Shown in pieces: positions 18,830 through 31,457 of a DNA stretch of 64,000 nt; the stretch's first letter is position 1; each line of letters begins with the position of its first letter. The DNA comes from Deltaproteobacteria bacterium (GTDB lineage: Bacteria; Myxococcota_A; Polyangia; Polyangiales; Houyiibacteriaceae): the NCBI GenBank assembly GCA_034670305.1, contig JAXMNT010000004.1, positions 32,001 through 96,000 on the forward strand. Reading direction: 5' to 3'. The notes below the pieces were generated by a model. The model made no database searches and was not told the origin of the DNA. It saw only the letters and a program-made list of their open reading frames with translations. Position numbers and translations under genes: made by a program.

Positions 18830-20272
18830 CTAGAGCAGTGTTCCTTGTGGGCCGTACTGCGCGAGGTACTTCTTCATCTTCAGCTTCTTCTTCGTCGCGT
18901 CCGAACTCATGTAGCGGACCTTGCCGAAGATCGGACGCTCCGGTCCCCACGCGCGATCGTAGCGGCCGAAGATCCAGCCGATGCTCGCGTAGCTGTTGGG
19001 GTCGCGGCCATCGAGCGCGTAGCGATCGTTGAGCAGCACCAGACGGTCCCACGCCTCCTCGGGCGACGCGCTCCACTCGAGCACCTTCTTGCCCCAAGTC
19101 ATGCGCAGGTAGTTCTGGATGACGCCGGTCTCGAGCAGCTCGCGCTGCGCCGCGTCCCAGACCTCGTCGCCACTCTTCGCCGCTTCGAGGTGTTCGAAGG
19201 ACACGACCGAACGCGCATCGGCGGCGTGCTCCTGGAGCGTCTTGTGCGCCCACGCGGGCAAGCCCTCGAAGGACTCGAAGTGCGGCATGTTGCACGCGCC
19301 GTTGAACGCGAGGTCGCGCCAGGTGCAGAGCTGTTCCAGAAACGCTTCGACCGGTTCGGACAGTCCCCACCACCCTTCCCGCTTCGCGGTGGCCGCCGGC
19401 GCCTTCTTCCGGTTCCAGCCCTTCGACCTTCCGCTGCGCGTGACCGCCTCGAACACCTCGTAGGCACCGATGTGCCCGAAGTGCAGATGCGCGGACAGCG
19501 CGCTGGTGGCTTCGGCGTCTGGGTGTCGGCCGGACGCGTAGTCGGTGAGTCGACTCCGAACGAAACGTTTGAGCCGCGCGCGCGCCTCGACCCAACCTCC
19601 CGTCGCGGCGCGGTCCGGCACCGCAGCGAGTGGCAGCTGCTCGAGCGCCACATCGAGGTTCGCGGGCCACTCCTGGACAACCACCTTGGGCACCACCGCG
19701 CCCCGGGCCTGTTCGAACGAAGGCGCCGCCGCCGGAGGCGCGTAGAGCGCAGGCAACACCTTCTGCAGGTGCCGTCGGAAGTCCACCGCGCGCGCGAAGG
19801 CGCGGTCGGTGTGGCGCATCGGCAAGATGCCGTTGGCGTCGACCGCATCCAAGCGCACGCCGAGGTCGTCGAGCGCTTCGGCCGCGGCATCGAGCATGCG
19901 CGGCAGAAAGAACACCGGGTAGTCGTCGGTCACGACGGCGCACGCGTCCCGCGCCAGTGCTTCGATCAACCCTCGGCCCTCGCCCGGCGCCGGCTCGACG
20001 TACGGGTGGTAGGTCACGCCCGCCACGGCGAATGCCTGCGCGTTGTCGCGCATGCCGTCGATCACGAACGCGTGGAGCCTGCGGCTCGCGTGCGGGTAGG
20101 CGATCCGCAATGGCTCGAGAACCAGCAAAGGCCGACCGACCTCCGCGCTCAAAGCGAGCGCGTGGTCGAGGGCGTGGTTGTGGTGGGGCCGGCGGGCGCT
20201 CGTCATCCAGTAGAGGACGAATGCGCCGTCGCGCAGCGCGCCATCGGTCAAGGTGCGGAGGCGCGTTTGCAC
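18830..20272 (-). CDS. phr: Deoxyribodipyrimidine photolyase, class II-like
   Basis: VLYWM, SALSAHLHFGHIG, YLRMTWGKK, DRYALDGRDPNSY and ERPIFGKVRYMS motifs. Confidence 0.93.
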   Translation of the reverse strand: MQTRLRTLTDGALRDGAFVLYWMTSARRPHHNHALDHALALSAEVGRPLLVLEPLRIAYPHASRRLHAFVIDGMRDNAQAFAVAGVTYHPYVEPAPGEGRGLIEALARDACAVVTDDYPVFFLPRMLDAAAEALDDLGVRLDAVDANGILPMRHTDRAFARAVDFRRHLQKVLPALYAPPAAAPSFEQARGAVVPKVVVQEWPANLDVALEQLPLAAVPDRAATGGWVEARARLKRFVRSRLTDYASGRHPDAEATSALSAHLHFGHIGAYEVFEAVTRSGRSKGWNRKKAPAATAKREGWWGLSEPVEAFLEQLCTWRDLAFNGACNMPHFESFEGLPAWAHKTLQEHAADARSVVSFEHLEAAKSGDEVWDAAQRELLETGVIQNYLRMTWGKKVLEWSASPEEAWDRLVLLNDRYALDGRDPNSYASIGWIFGRYDRAWGPERPIFGKVRYMSSDATKKKLKMKKYLAQYGPQGTLL

Positions 20273-20312
20273 GTCGCGGGTCTAGCAGTTCTTGGGTCCG
20301 GCCGCGACGCGA

Positions 20313-20702
20313 TCACTCGTGTTGAATCGCGTCGTTCGGTGCGCCGAAGACGTGGCGGGCCCAGTACGCGGGCAGCGCGAGGGGCGCTGCGACGAAGAAG
20401 AAGCCCACCCACATCCATCGACCGACGCTGTCGAGTCGAGGGTTGCGAAAGACGCGGGCGACGAACCCGAAGAGCAGCATCAGCGCCCACACGAGGGCGA
20501 TGAACCCGAGCATGTAGGAGATCGGTTGGTCGCCGATGGCGAAGGCCGCCAAAGCCATCGCGCCTGGGGCGAGTGCGACGAGCCCGAGCAGCGCCCGGGT
20601 GTAGCCGCCTTGGTGGCGGACCGCGTGCGGGTCTTCGAGGTGGGCCACGTCCTGCGCTTCGCGCCAGTGGGGAGAGAGGTGCGAGGTATGGGGAATGGTC
20701 AT
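20313..20702 (-). CDS. Small membrane protein (3 TM)
   Basis: Hydrophobic segments, GC3-rich codons. Confidence 0.65.
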   Translation of the reverse strand: MTIPHTSHLSPHWREAQDVAHLEDPHAVRHQGGYTRALLGLVALAPGAMALAAFAIGDQPISYMLGFIALVWALMLLFGFVARVFRNPRLDSVGRWMWVGFFFVAAPLALPAYWARHVFGAPNDAIQHE

Positions 20703-20856
20703 GCCTCAGGTAGTTGCAGGTCCCGTTCCGGTCCTGCGGCCGGGAGAATGCGGGTACATCGCCGCGTATCACCCCGCCCGTGGCGAGACGCCCCGCACAG
20801 TTCGTTGTGCACCGAAGCGGAAGCCGACAGTGGCCGACCGCTGAGAGCCAACGCAC

Positions 20857-21243
20857 TCAGTCGGGTTCGGGACAGAGCGGCAGGGCGAGGACGCGAGAGG
20901 CGAGCGTGGGTTCGCAGCGGACGTAGTCGCGCAGACGCAGGAGCTCGGGCCAGTTGCTCGGCGCGACGACGGTGCGGCCGTCGAGCACGTAACAAGTCTC
21001 TTCCATCGACTCCATGAACGGCGCCTCGGCGCAGACGGTCACGGGGTCGAACCAGCGGACGCAGTCGGCTGGCTCGTCCACTTCGTAGGCCCGAAGATCC
21101 AGGCACACCCCGGCTGGGGCGCAGGTTCTTTCGACGACCCGGCACTCGATGGGTCCGGTGTCCCGCCGCACGCCGGTGTCGGGCGAATCCACCGAGGAGC
21201 CACAACCGATAACGAGCGCTGTCACCAGGAGAAGTCTGGACAC
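20857..21243 (-). CDS. Small Cys-rich lipoprotein
   Basis: VIGC lipobox followed by multiple Cys. Confidence 0.65.
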   Translation of the reverse strand: MSRLLLVTALVIGCGSSVDSPDTGVRRDTGPIECRVVERTCAPAGVCLDLRAYEVDEPADCVRWFDPVTVCAEAPFMESMEETCYVLDGRTVVAPSNWPELLRLRDYVRCEPTLASRVLALPLCPEPD

Positions 21244-21286
21244 GGCGCACGAGTATTCGATGGGACCCGAGGACGCCAGCGCGACG

Positions 21287-23326
21287 TCAGGAAATCGGAT
21301 CTTGGCGCAGATCCCGGATGCGCTTCGAGAACCGATGCCCGCCGAACGTGGTCCCCACCGTCCCCAGGCGCCGCAACGCCGGAAGTCCCTCGATCACCGT
21401 GGCATCCGAGCGTCCGAGCGACGCGTGGCAGAGGGTGAGGTCCTCGAGCGTGGGGTGTTCGAGGAACGGTTTCAGCGAGAACGTCTTCTGGTTCAGATCG
21501 AGTCGCAACGAGCGCAAACGGGGCAGAGACGCGATCGCTTCGAGGTCGGCCATACCGCCCCAGATGTGGACGCGCTCCAGGGTCGACATGTCGCGCAGGC
21601 ACTGCGTGTCGTGGAAGAAGCCTTCGAGGATGAACTCGGTGAGCTGGAGTGCTCGCAGGGGTGCCAAGGAGGTGTTGGCGCCTTGGAGGTGAAGCGTCCG
21701 AAGCTGGGCGAGGTGGGCGATGGGTGAGAGATCGCGGACGCTGCGCCCGCCCAGACGAAGCCACTCGAGTCCGCTGGCTTCGCCTATCCCCGCGAGCGTC
21801 TGGATGCGCGAGCCCAAACACGCCAAGTGGGTGAGCTGAGGCGCGACCGGCACCTGTTCGATCCGAACGTCCTCGCAAAAGAGCCGCCGCAGCGCCCGCG
21901 CGTCGGCAAGCGCGGACACCTCTTCGAGCCCGGGCGCGTGAATCAAGTGCAGTGTCTCGAGCCGTTCGAACCGACCGATGCCGCGCAGTGGAATTCGGTA
22001 CCGCTTCTTCCGTGTCTGATGGCCACTCAGCGTGAGCGCTGTGATGCTGTCTCGAAGCGCCGCGCCGCCGACCCGCGCCACCAACAGGCGCAACACGGTC
22101 TCTCGCCGCCAACGTCCCGCGGCGCCGCCATCGAACACGTCGTTCGGCACCAAGACGGGCGCAGGGTCGGGCAAGCAGACGCACGCACCGGGCCCACGCC
22201 AGACCTCCACTCGGGGCGCGAAGCCAGCCCGGACGCCCCCGAGGAGCGCCGCTTCCACCTCCGCGTCGTCGAGCGCCACGGCCAGCTCGACCGCTTGTTC
22301 GGCGGCTTCGTCGCTCTTGAAGAGCCGCTTGAGTTTCTGGACGAGCGCCCGCTTCGCCTGGGGGGCTTTCGGCGCCGCGGCGGCTGCGCGCACGCCCAGC
22401 GGCCGCTGTCGGAGCCGTCTGCCTTGCACGGTGTGGCGAATCGCATCCGGCACCTGGTCGAAGCGCCGCACTCCGCTGCGCTTGAGCTCCAACGACTCGA
22501 GCTCGCTGAGCTTCGAGAGCGCGCCGATGTCGACCACCTTCTTGCAGCCACGCAGGCTGAGCTTCTTCAGCGCAGTGCACGCGGCGACTGGCGACACATC
22601 GACGAGCGCGGAACACTCGTCCAAGCGGAGGCGGGTCAGCGACGTGGGCAGCCCGGCGATCGAGCGCACCTCCACCCCGTGGAGCTTGAGTGTCCGAAGC
22701 GGCGGCGCGGCCCTCCAGTCGAGCGACGCCAACGGCGCATGTCGGATAGAAAGCGTGTGAAGGGCCTCGTGCTTCGCGGACAGCCCCGCGAGCGACTGCA
22801 ACATCGGGGCGTGGTCGATCGTCAGCTGCCGCAACGAACGGAGCGGAGCGAGCCGCTCCAGGTTCACGAGTCCCCGGGCGAGCCAGAGTTTGAGGTAGGT
22901 CAACTCGGTCAGCGTGCCGAACGCGAACGATTCGGGCGCGCGCAGCAGGGTGAGTCGCCGCAGTCCCGAGGGAAGATGGAGCGTGTCGAGCAGCGCCACA
23001 TCGAACTCCAGCACCGCTTCCCGGAGCGTCTCGGGCAACGTCAGCGCGGATGGGGGGGTGTCGCAGCCGAAAGACTTGATCCGAGATTCGCCGAGCTCCG
23101 AGAGGTCGAAGGTCCCGTTTCGCACCACGAGCTTCTCCAACCCAGAGCCCGCGCAGTCCGTGATCCGCTTCGTGCCCGCTGTACCGCGCTCGAGGTGGAG
23201 CTCCCGAATCCGGGGGAAACGTGAGAGTCGCACCACCCGCGCGCTGGTACGGCGGACCCGCACCACCTCCGCGGTGGGGTGGGCCAGCGCGTCCGTCCCG
23301 CCCAAGGCGACCTCCGTCTTCGACAC
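21287..23326 (-). CDS. Leucine-rich repeat protein
   Basis: Repeated LxxLxL units (LRSLRQLTI, LKKLSLRGC, LESLEL, LRTLHL) in two arrays; start uncertain. Confidence 0.8.
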   Translation of the reverse strand: MSKTEVALGGTDALAHPTAEVVRVRRTSARVVRLSRFPRIRELHLERGTAGTKRITDCAGSGLEKLVVRNGTFDLSELGESRIKSFGCDTPPSALTLPETLREAVLEFDVALLDTLHLPSGLRRLTLLRAPESFAFGTLTELTYLKLWLARGLVNLERLAPLRSLRQLTIDHAPMLQSLAGLSAKHEALHTLSIRHAPLASLDWRAAPPLRTLKLHGVEVRSIAGLPTSLTRLRLDECSALVDVSPVAACTALKKLSLRGCKKVVDIGALSKLSELESLELKRSGVRRFDQVPDAIRHTVQGRRLRQRPLGVRAAAAAPKAPQAKRALVQKLKRLFKSDEAAEQAVELAVALDDAEVEAALLGGVRAGFAPRVEVWRGPGACVCLPDPAPVLVPNDVFDGGAAGRWRRETVLRLLVARVGGAALRDSITALTLSGHQTRKKRYRIPLRGIGRFERLETLHLIHAPGLEEVSALADARALRRLFCEDVRIEQVPVAPQLTHLACLGSRIQTLAGIGEASGLEWLRLGGRSVRDLSPIAHLAQLRTLHLQGANTSLAPLRALQLTEFILEGFFHDTQCLRDMSTLERVHIWGGMADLEAIASLPRLRSLRLDLNQKTFSLKPFLEHPTLEDLTLCHASLGRSDATVIEGLPALRRLGTVGTTFGGHRFSKRIRDLRQDPIS

Positions 23327-23422
23327 AGACCTTGGTACCGTTTGCGATCCCGGATGTCACCCGAAGTCGCCGGAGTTTGTCACTTCCTACCCAAAGTGGG
23401 TGGGGTGTTCCTACAATGGCCC

Positions 23423-25369
23423 GTGGTCGAACACCCGCCGCAGACCCCGACGCGTCTCGGGCCGTACGAAGTGGTCGACCGCATCGCGGTCGGCGGCATG
23501 GCGGAGGTGTTTCGCGCGAAGGAAGCCCGCGCCGTCGGCGAACCCCGTCTGGTCTGCATCAAACGTATGCTGCCGCACGTCGCTGCGGAGGCCGACGGGC
23601 TCGCGATGTTCGAGGAGGAGGCACGACTCGCCGCGCGGGTGAACCACCCCAACGTCGTCGAACTTCTCGGCGTGGGCACCGCCGAGCAACCCTACCTCGC
23701 GCTCGAGTACGTCCCCGGATGTGATCTGTGGCGGCTCACGCGTTGGCTTGTCCGCGAGGGCCAGCTGCTCGGCATCGGCACGAGCATCTTCACAATCCGA
23801 GAGATGCTCGCCGGGCTCCAAGCCGTTCATGACGCGAAGGGCGACGACGGCGAGCCCCTCGAGATCGTGCATCGCGACGTCAGCCCGTCGAACATTCTGT
23901 TGAGCGTCCACGGCGAGGTGAAGCTCGGCGACTTCGGCATCGCGCAGGCGCGCGTCCAGAGCCTCGCGGGTGTGAGCAATCGAGCCAAGGGCAAACTCGG
24001 CTACCTTGCCCCCGAGCAGGTGGGCGGCGGCGAGATGGGGCCAGCGACGGATGTCTTCGCGGCGTCGGTGATCGCCGCCGAGCTCCTGACCGGGCGGCCG
24101 CTCTTCACCGGCGCGAGCGAACTGGCGATCCTGCTCGCCATTCGGGATGCGAGCATCCAACCGGTGCGGGACTCCGACCTCCCGGAAGAACTTCAGGCCG
24201 TGCTGGCCCGCGGACTCGCTCGAGATCCCGCCGACCGTTTTCCTTCCGCGCATGCGCTCTCGACCGCCCTCGAGCCGTTCCAGTTCGGGGTCGTCAGAGA
24301 CCTGCAAACGCAGCTGGCCACGCTGGTACAGAAGGCATCGGGCTTCGACGTCGACCAACAGCGGACCCCCGCACTCGACGTACACATGCCCGATCCTCGG
24401 TCGCTTCCCACTCCGACCACGATGGATCTCCCGCCCGAGTTCTACGTCGTGACCACGCGCGAGGGTTCGTCCATCGGGACGTTCATCTTCGCTCAGCTCG
24501 TCGAAGCGATCACGACCGGCAAGGTGGGTCCAGACGATCTGGTCTCCACCGGCAGCGGCCCTCCGCAGACCGTGCGCGCACTCCAACCGCTGCTGCAGCA
24601 CCTCCCGATGTCGTCGATGTCGCCGGTCACGCAGGACGCGCGCATCGCGGGCGAACCCGACGCGCGCCGCAACCTCGCGGGCGGCGGCATCGTGCGGGCC
24701 ATCGCAGAGTCGGCGCTGCGCGGCGACAGCGGGCTGTGGCTCTGTGAACACGAAGGTGTCCGCAAAGAGATCTACGTGGCCGGCGGCGAACCCGAGTTCG
24801 TGACGAGCAACGTGGCCAGCGAGATGCTTGGGGAGTACCTGGTGCGGCACTCGGTCATCGCGCGCGGAGAGCTCGACATGGCGCTCGCCGTACTCCCGCG
24901 CCACGACGGACGACTCGGCGACACCCTGGTCGCCCTCGGTTTGATCCAGCCAGTGGATCTGTTCCAACACATCGCCCGACAGGTGCGCGAGCGCATGCTC
25001 GATCTCTTCGTCTGGCAACACGGCACCGCCGAACTCTACCGAGACGTGCCGCCCCCGCCCCGCGGGTTCCCGCTCGGACTCGATGTCTGGGACGTGCTCG
25101 ACGAGGGCATCGGCAAACGTTTGCGCGCCGGGCTCGAGGAGCGGCGCTTCCGAACGCACATGCTCGACTCCCTCGAGCGCATGCGGCAGCTGCCTTCGTT
25201 CGTCGACGAGATGCATCTGCCCCCCGACCTCAGCCGCCTGCTCGACTTGGTCCTCGTCCCAAGCCCGCTCCCGAGCGTCGTCGAAGCCTTCGAGACCCAG
25301 AAGGACCCCGGCAAAGGCTACCGAGTCGTCCTGCTCGCCCTCGCGCTCGAACTCGTCCAGTGGGCGTGA
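23423..25369 (+). CDS. Hanks-type Ser/Thr protein kinase with GYF-like and DUF4388-like C-terminal domains
   Basis: GGMAEVF, IKR, HRDVSPSN, DFG, APE and DVFA motifs; probable GTG start at 23423. Confidence 0.9.
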   Translation: MVEHPPQTPTRLGPYEVVDRIAVGGMAEVFRAKEARAVGEPRLVCIKRMLPHVAAEADGLAMFEEEARLAARVNHPNVVELLGVGTAEQPYLALEYVPGCDLWRLTRWLVREGQLLGIGTSIFTIREMLAGLQAVHDAKGDDGEPLEIVHRDVSPSNILLSVHGEVKLGDFGIAQARVQSLAGVSNRAKGKLGYLAPEQVGGGEMGPATDVFAASVIAAELLTGRPLFTGASELAILLAIRDASIQPVRDSDLPEELQAVLARGLARDPADRFPSAHALSTALEPFQFGVVRDLQTQLATLVQKASGFDVDQQRTPALDVHMPDPRSLPTPTTMDLPPEFYVVTTREGSSIGTFIFAQLVEAITTGKVGPDDLVSTGSGPPQTVRALQPLLQHLPMSSMSPVTQDARIAGEPDARRNLAGGGIVRAIAESALRGDSGLWLCEHEGVRKEIYVAGGEPEFVTSNVASEMLGEYLVRHSVIARGELDMALAVLPRHDGRLGDTLVALGLIQPVDLFQHIARQVRERMLDLFVWQHGTAELYRDVPPPPRGFPLGLDVWDVLDEGIGKRLRAGLEERRFRTHMLDSLERMRQLPSFVDEMHLPPDLSRLLDLVLVPSPLPSVVEAFETQKDPGKGYRVVLLALALELVQWA

Positions 25370-25385
25370 CCCGAAGCTGACCTAT

Positions 25386-25688
25386 TCGGCGTCGGCATCG
25401 GCGTCGGCATCGGCATCGGCATCGGCATCGGCATCGGCATCGGCATCGGCATCGGCGTCGGCGTCGGCATCGGCATCGGATTCGGCATCGGATTCGGCGT
25501 CGGCACCGGCGTCGGCATCGGCATCGGCATCGGCATCGGCATCGGCATCGGCATCGGCATCGGCATCGGCATCGGCATCGGCATCGGCATCGGCATCGGC
25601 ATCGGCATCGGCTTCGGCTTCGGCTTCGGCTTCGGCATCGGCTTCGGCATCGGCGCCCGCTTCCGCTTCCGGTTCCGGTTCCGCTTCC
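25386..25688. repeat. (TCGGCN)n hexamer tract of about 300 bp, intergenic
   Basis: Mostly tcggca units, directly visible. Confidence 0.95.
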
Positions 25689-25733
25689 GTGGTGGGCGCA
25701 TCGGCGTCCGCTCGCGGGTGGTACCCTCGGCCG

Positions 25734-28823
<3,090 letters not shown>

Positions 28824-28830
28824 ACTCAAC

Positions 28831-29015
28831 GTCGGCTTCGGCTTCGGCGTCGGCGTCGGCTTCGGCGTCGGCGCCTCGGCGTCGGCGTCGGCATCGGCCT
28901 CGGCGTCGGCGTCGGCCTCGGCGTCGGCGTCGGCATCGGCGTCGGCGTCGGCATCGGCTTCGGCGTCGGCTTCGGCGTCGGCTTCGGCGTCCGCATCGGC
29001 ATCGGCATCGGCTTC
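28831..29015. repeat. (TCGGCN)n hexamer tract, intergenic
   Basis: Starts 7 nt after the TAG stop; contains a 2-nt phase break. Confidence 0.92.
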
Positions 29016-29045
29016 GCGACCGCTTTCGCGCTACCCTTTCGCCGC

Positions 29046-29492
29046 GTGCCCCAGGACCCCGAACTGCTCCGCCGCCTCCTTCGCGCGAAGGACCGGATGA
29101 CTGCGGCCTCCAACGAGGAGTGGCCCGTGCAGCGCCTCGCCCAGGTGAGCGGCGTGTCGACGGCGCATTTCGCGCGGGCGTTCAAGCGCGCGTTCGGCAT
29201 CCCACCGCACCGGTACTTGCTGACGTTGCGGTTGGAGCGCGCCAAGGCGCTGCTCCGGGACTCCGACGCGTCCGTCACGGCGATCGCGTTCGCGTCCGGA
29301 TGGACGAGCCTCGGCACCTTCGGCCGCACGTTTCGGGATGTCGTCGGCGAGAGTCCGACTGGATTCCGTTCGCGCAGCACCGAACTTCCAGAGAAGCTCG
29401 CGCAGGTGCCGGCCTGCGTCGTGCAAGCCGCCACCCGCCCCGACCTCAGAACCGCAGTTTTGGAGAAGCGCCGCCGAGACGGTCTGAGCTAG
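29046..29492 (+). CDS. AraC-family regulator (HTH domain only)
   Basis: [27 protein letters not shown] and GWTSLGTF motifs. Confidence 0.9.
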   Translation: MPQDPELLRRLLRAKDRMTAASNEEWPVQRLAQVSGVSTAHFARAFKRAFGIPPHRYLLTLRLERAKALLRDSDASVTAIAFASGWTSLGTFGRTFRDVVGESPTGFRSRSTELPEKLAQVPACVVQAATRPDLRTAVLEKRRRDGLS

Positions 29493-29512
29493 ACCAGCTT
29501 TGAACCACGGAG

Positions 29513-29938
29513 GTGCCCATGCGGCCAGGAATCGGAATGGTGGGCGTCTTCGTCCACGACCAAGAAGAAGCGCTGACCTTCTACGTCGAGAAGATCGGTT
29601 TCCAAGTACACACGGACGTCCAGAACGGTCCCTTCCGTTGGCTCACCGTGCAGCACGCCGAGCAGCCCGAGTTTCAGCTCGGGCTCTTCGCGCCTGGCGC
29701 CCCGCTGCACGACCCAGACACCGAGCGCGCGCTTCGGGCGTTGGTGGCAAAGGGTGCGATGCCCGCACTGGTACTCCACGTCGTAGACTGCCGTGCCGAG
29801 TATGAGCGACTGCGCGGCGTGGGCGTCGAACTCACCCAAGAACCGATCGAACGATTTGGCAACGTCGACGCCGGCTTCCGCGATCCGTCGGGCAACGGTT
29901 GGAAGATGATCGAGCTCGGTCAGGGGACCGCGTCATGA
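29513..29938 (+). CDS. VOC/glyoxalase-bleomycin resistance family protein
   Basis: VHDQEEALTFYVEKIGF, RWLTV and FRDPSGN motifs; start may be 29519. Confidence 0.9.
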   Translation: MPMRPGIGMVGVFVHDQEEALTFYVEKIGFQVHTDVQNGPFRWLTVQHAEQPEFQLGLFAPGAPLHDPDTERALRALVAKGAMPALVLHVVDCRAEYERLRGVGVELTQEPIERFGNVDAGFRDPSGNGWKMIELGQGTAS

Positions 29939-30201
29939 ACCGGACTGGAAGCGTCAAGATCCGCGCGCTGCATCGATGGTTGTCGATCGGCTTCACACTC
30001 TGCGTGCTCGCGAACTTCGCGGTGATGTCCATCGAGAACGAAACGCTCGGTATGGCCGTGGGCGGGGTGACGCTGCTGCCGCTGGTGTTGCTGATGGGCA
30101 CCGGCCTGTACCTGTTCGCGCTGCCGTACGCGCAGCGTCGAACCGGGGGGCGAGTGAGGTCGTTGGCCGCCGATCCTGAAGGGGACCGACGCCGTTCCTG
30201 A
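29935..30201 (+). CDS. Small 2-TM membrane protein
   Basis: ATGA overlap with the VOC gene; HRWLSIGFT and [10 protein letters not shown] segments. Confidence 0.7.
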   Translation: MNRTGSVKIRALHRWLSIGFTLCVLANFAVMSIENETLGMAVGGVTLLPLVLLMGTGLYLFALPYAQRRTGGRVRSLAADPEGDRRRS

Positions 30202-30392
30202 AGCCGGGACCGACGCCGATCCCGAAGCCGAAGCCGACCCCGAAGCCGAGGCGACCCCGAAGCCGACGCCGAAGCCAAAGCCAAAGCCAAAGCCGAAGCC
30301 GAAGCCGAAGCCGACGCCGAAGCCGAAGCCGAAGCCGAAGCCGAAGCCGACGCCGAAGCCGAAGCCGAAGCCGAAGCCGAAGCCGAAGCCGG
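30200..30392. repeat. (GCCGAN)n hexamer tract, same family in inverted orientation
   Basis: gaagcc/gacgcc/aaagcc units between convergent genes. Confidence 0.92.
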
Positions 30393-30412
30393 ATCGGAAG
30401 CGGTGATGATGT

Positions 30413-30886
30413 TCACTCCGCTCGGAGCGTGTCCTCGAGGCGGGCGTAACTCGCTTCCATGCCGTGCTCCATCCCGGTCGCGAGCATCGCCGCCCGCGTC
30501 GCGGCGTCGGGCAACGTCATGCGCATGGTCATGCGGGTGCCGTCCCCGTCGGCGGCGAAGGTCGTGACGATGTGGTTGTCGGGCGTGGGGTCGGGGAGAT
30601 GCATGCGTTCGACGTGTTCGATGCGGTGCGGGGGATCGATGGCGAGAATCTCACCGGTGAGAGAGAACCCACCGCCCTTCCCGTCCGACCACTCGTAGCG
30701 GATCGCGCCGCCCGCCTTGGCTTCGTGAATGCACACCGGCATCGTCCAACCGTCGGGACCGAGCATCCATTGCCGGATGAGGTCGGGCTCCACGAAAGCG
30801 CGGTAGACCGCGTCCGGTGGGGCGTCGAATCGACGGGTGGCGAGGACGAAGCGGTCCCCGTCGGTCTCCAGTGTGAGCTTGTTCAT
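30413..30886 (-). CDS. SRPBCC/AHSA1-domain protein
   Basis: TRRFDAPPDAVYRAF..P.LI.QW and GMEHGMEASYARLE motifs; ATG at 30886. Confidence 0.9.
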   Translation of the reverse strand: MNKLTLETDGDRFVLATRRFDAPPDAVYRAFVEPDLIRQWMLGPDGWTMPVCIHEAKAGGAIRYEWSDGKGGGFSLTGEILAIDPPHRIEHVERMHLPDPTPDNHIVTTFAADGDGTRMTMRMTLPDAATRAAMLATGMEHGMEASYARLEDTLRAE

Positions 30887-31227
30887 GTGCCCTGCTTCTC
30901 CGCTTTCTGTTTCTGTTGCGCCAAGAGCCGATCGAGGCGCCGGTAGTTCTTCGCCATCGCCTTCCGGAGCATCCCCAGATACGCATCGAGTTCCGTCAGC
31001 CCCTCGGGCGCGAGGCGGCAAGGACGTTTGGTTCCGTCGACGCGCTGAACCACGAGCCCGGCGTTCGTGAGCACCCGGATGTGGCGGGAGATGGCCGGCT
31101 GGGAAATCGTGAACGGCGCGGCAAGCTCCCCGACGGTCGCCTCCCCCTGCGCGAGCCGCGCGAGAATCGATCGCCTCGTGGGGTCCGCGAGCGCCGCAAA
31201 CGTGCTGTCGAGTGAGCCGGCTGCCAT
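30883..31227 (-). CDS. ArsR/SmtB-family regulator
   Basis: FAALADPTRRSIL and ISQPAISRHIRVL..AGLV motifs; start 31227 or 31233. Confidence 0.92.
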   Translation of the reverse strand: MAAGSLDSTFAALADPTRRSILARLAQGEATVGELAAPFTISQPAISRHIRVLTNAGLVVQRVDGTKRPCRLAPEGLTELDAYLGMLRKAMAKNYRRLDRLLAQQKQKAEKQGT

Positions 31228-31233
31228 GGCCAT

Positions 31234-31275
31234 TCAATAACATATTCTTTATATAACGCAATCATAATGTTCAAT
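31234..31275 (-). promoter_or_regulatory. AT-rich promoter/operator of the ArsR-SRPBCC pair
   Basis: Strongly AT-rich patch with imperfect palindrome ATAAcatattctTTAT abutting the start codon. Confidence 0.55.
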
Positions 31276-31370
31276 CGAGAGCCGTCGTACGCCGATGGCT
31301 GCGTGCGGGATCCGCCCTCACCGCCCCGCAAAACGACCCGCCGTGTGGGTGTCCGCGACGGCCCCTCGGC

Positions 31371-31400
31371 TTGACGCGATGCGACATGCGCGAGTATGCC
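31371..31400 (+). promoter_or_regulatory. Putative promoter of serA
   Basis: TTGACG-18 nt-TATGCC; GAGGAG Shine-Dalgarno before ATG 31458. Confidence 0.35.
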
Positions 31401-31457
31401 GCCGAGCGTCGTGGACCCGAGGTTCGCGACGTTTCCCCACCCCATAGAGGAGTGCGA

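Noticed and set aside
25083-25733. Poly-SA N-terminal extension of the 1246-aa ORF
   Set aside because: It overlaps the kinase and runs through the hexamer tract; the signal peptide and a -10 box point to ATG 25734.
29832-30416. 194-aa minus-strand ORF with poly-SA
   Set aside because: Mostly a translation of the microsatellite, and antisense to real genes.
31275-31457. ZTP or other riboswitch upstream of serA-hisZ-purA
   Set aside because: No recognisable aptamer consensus; only a simple hairpin.
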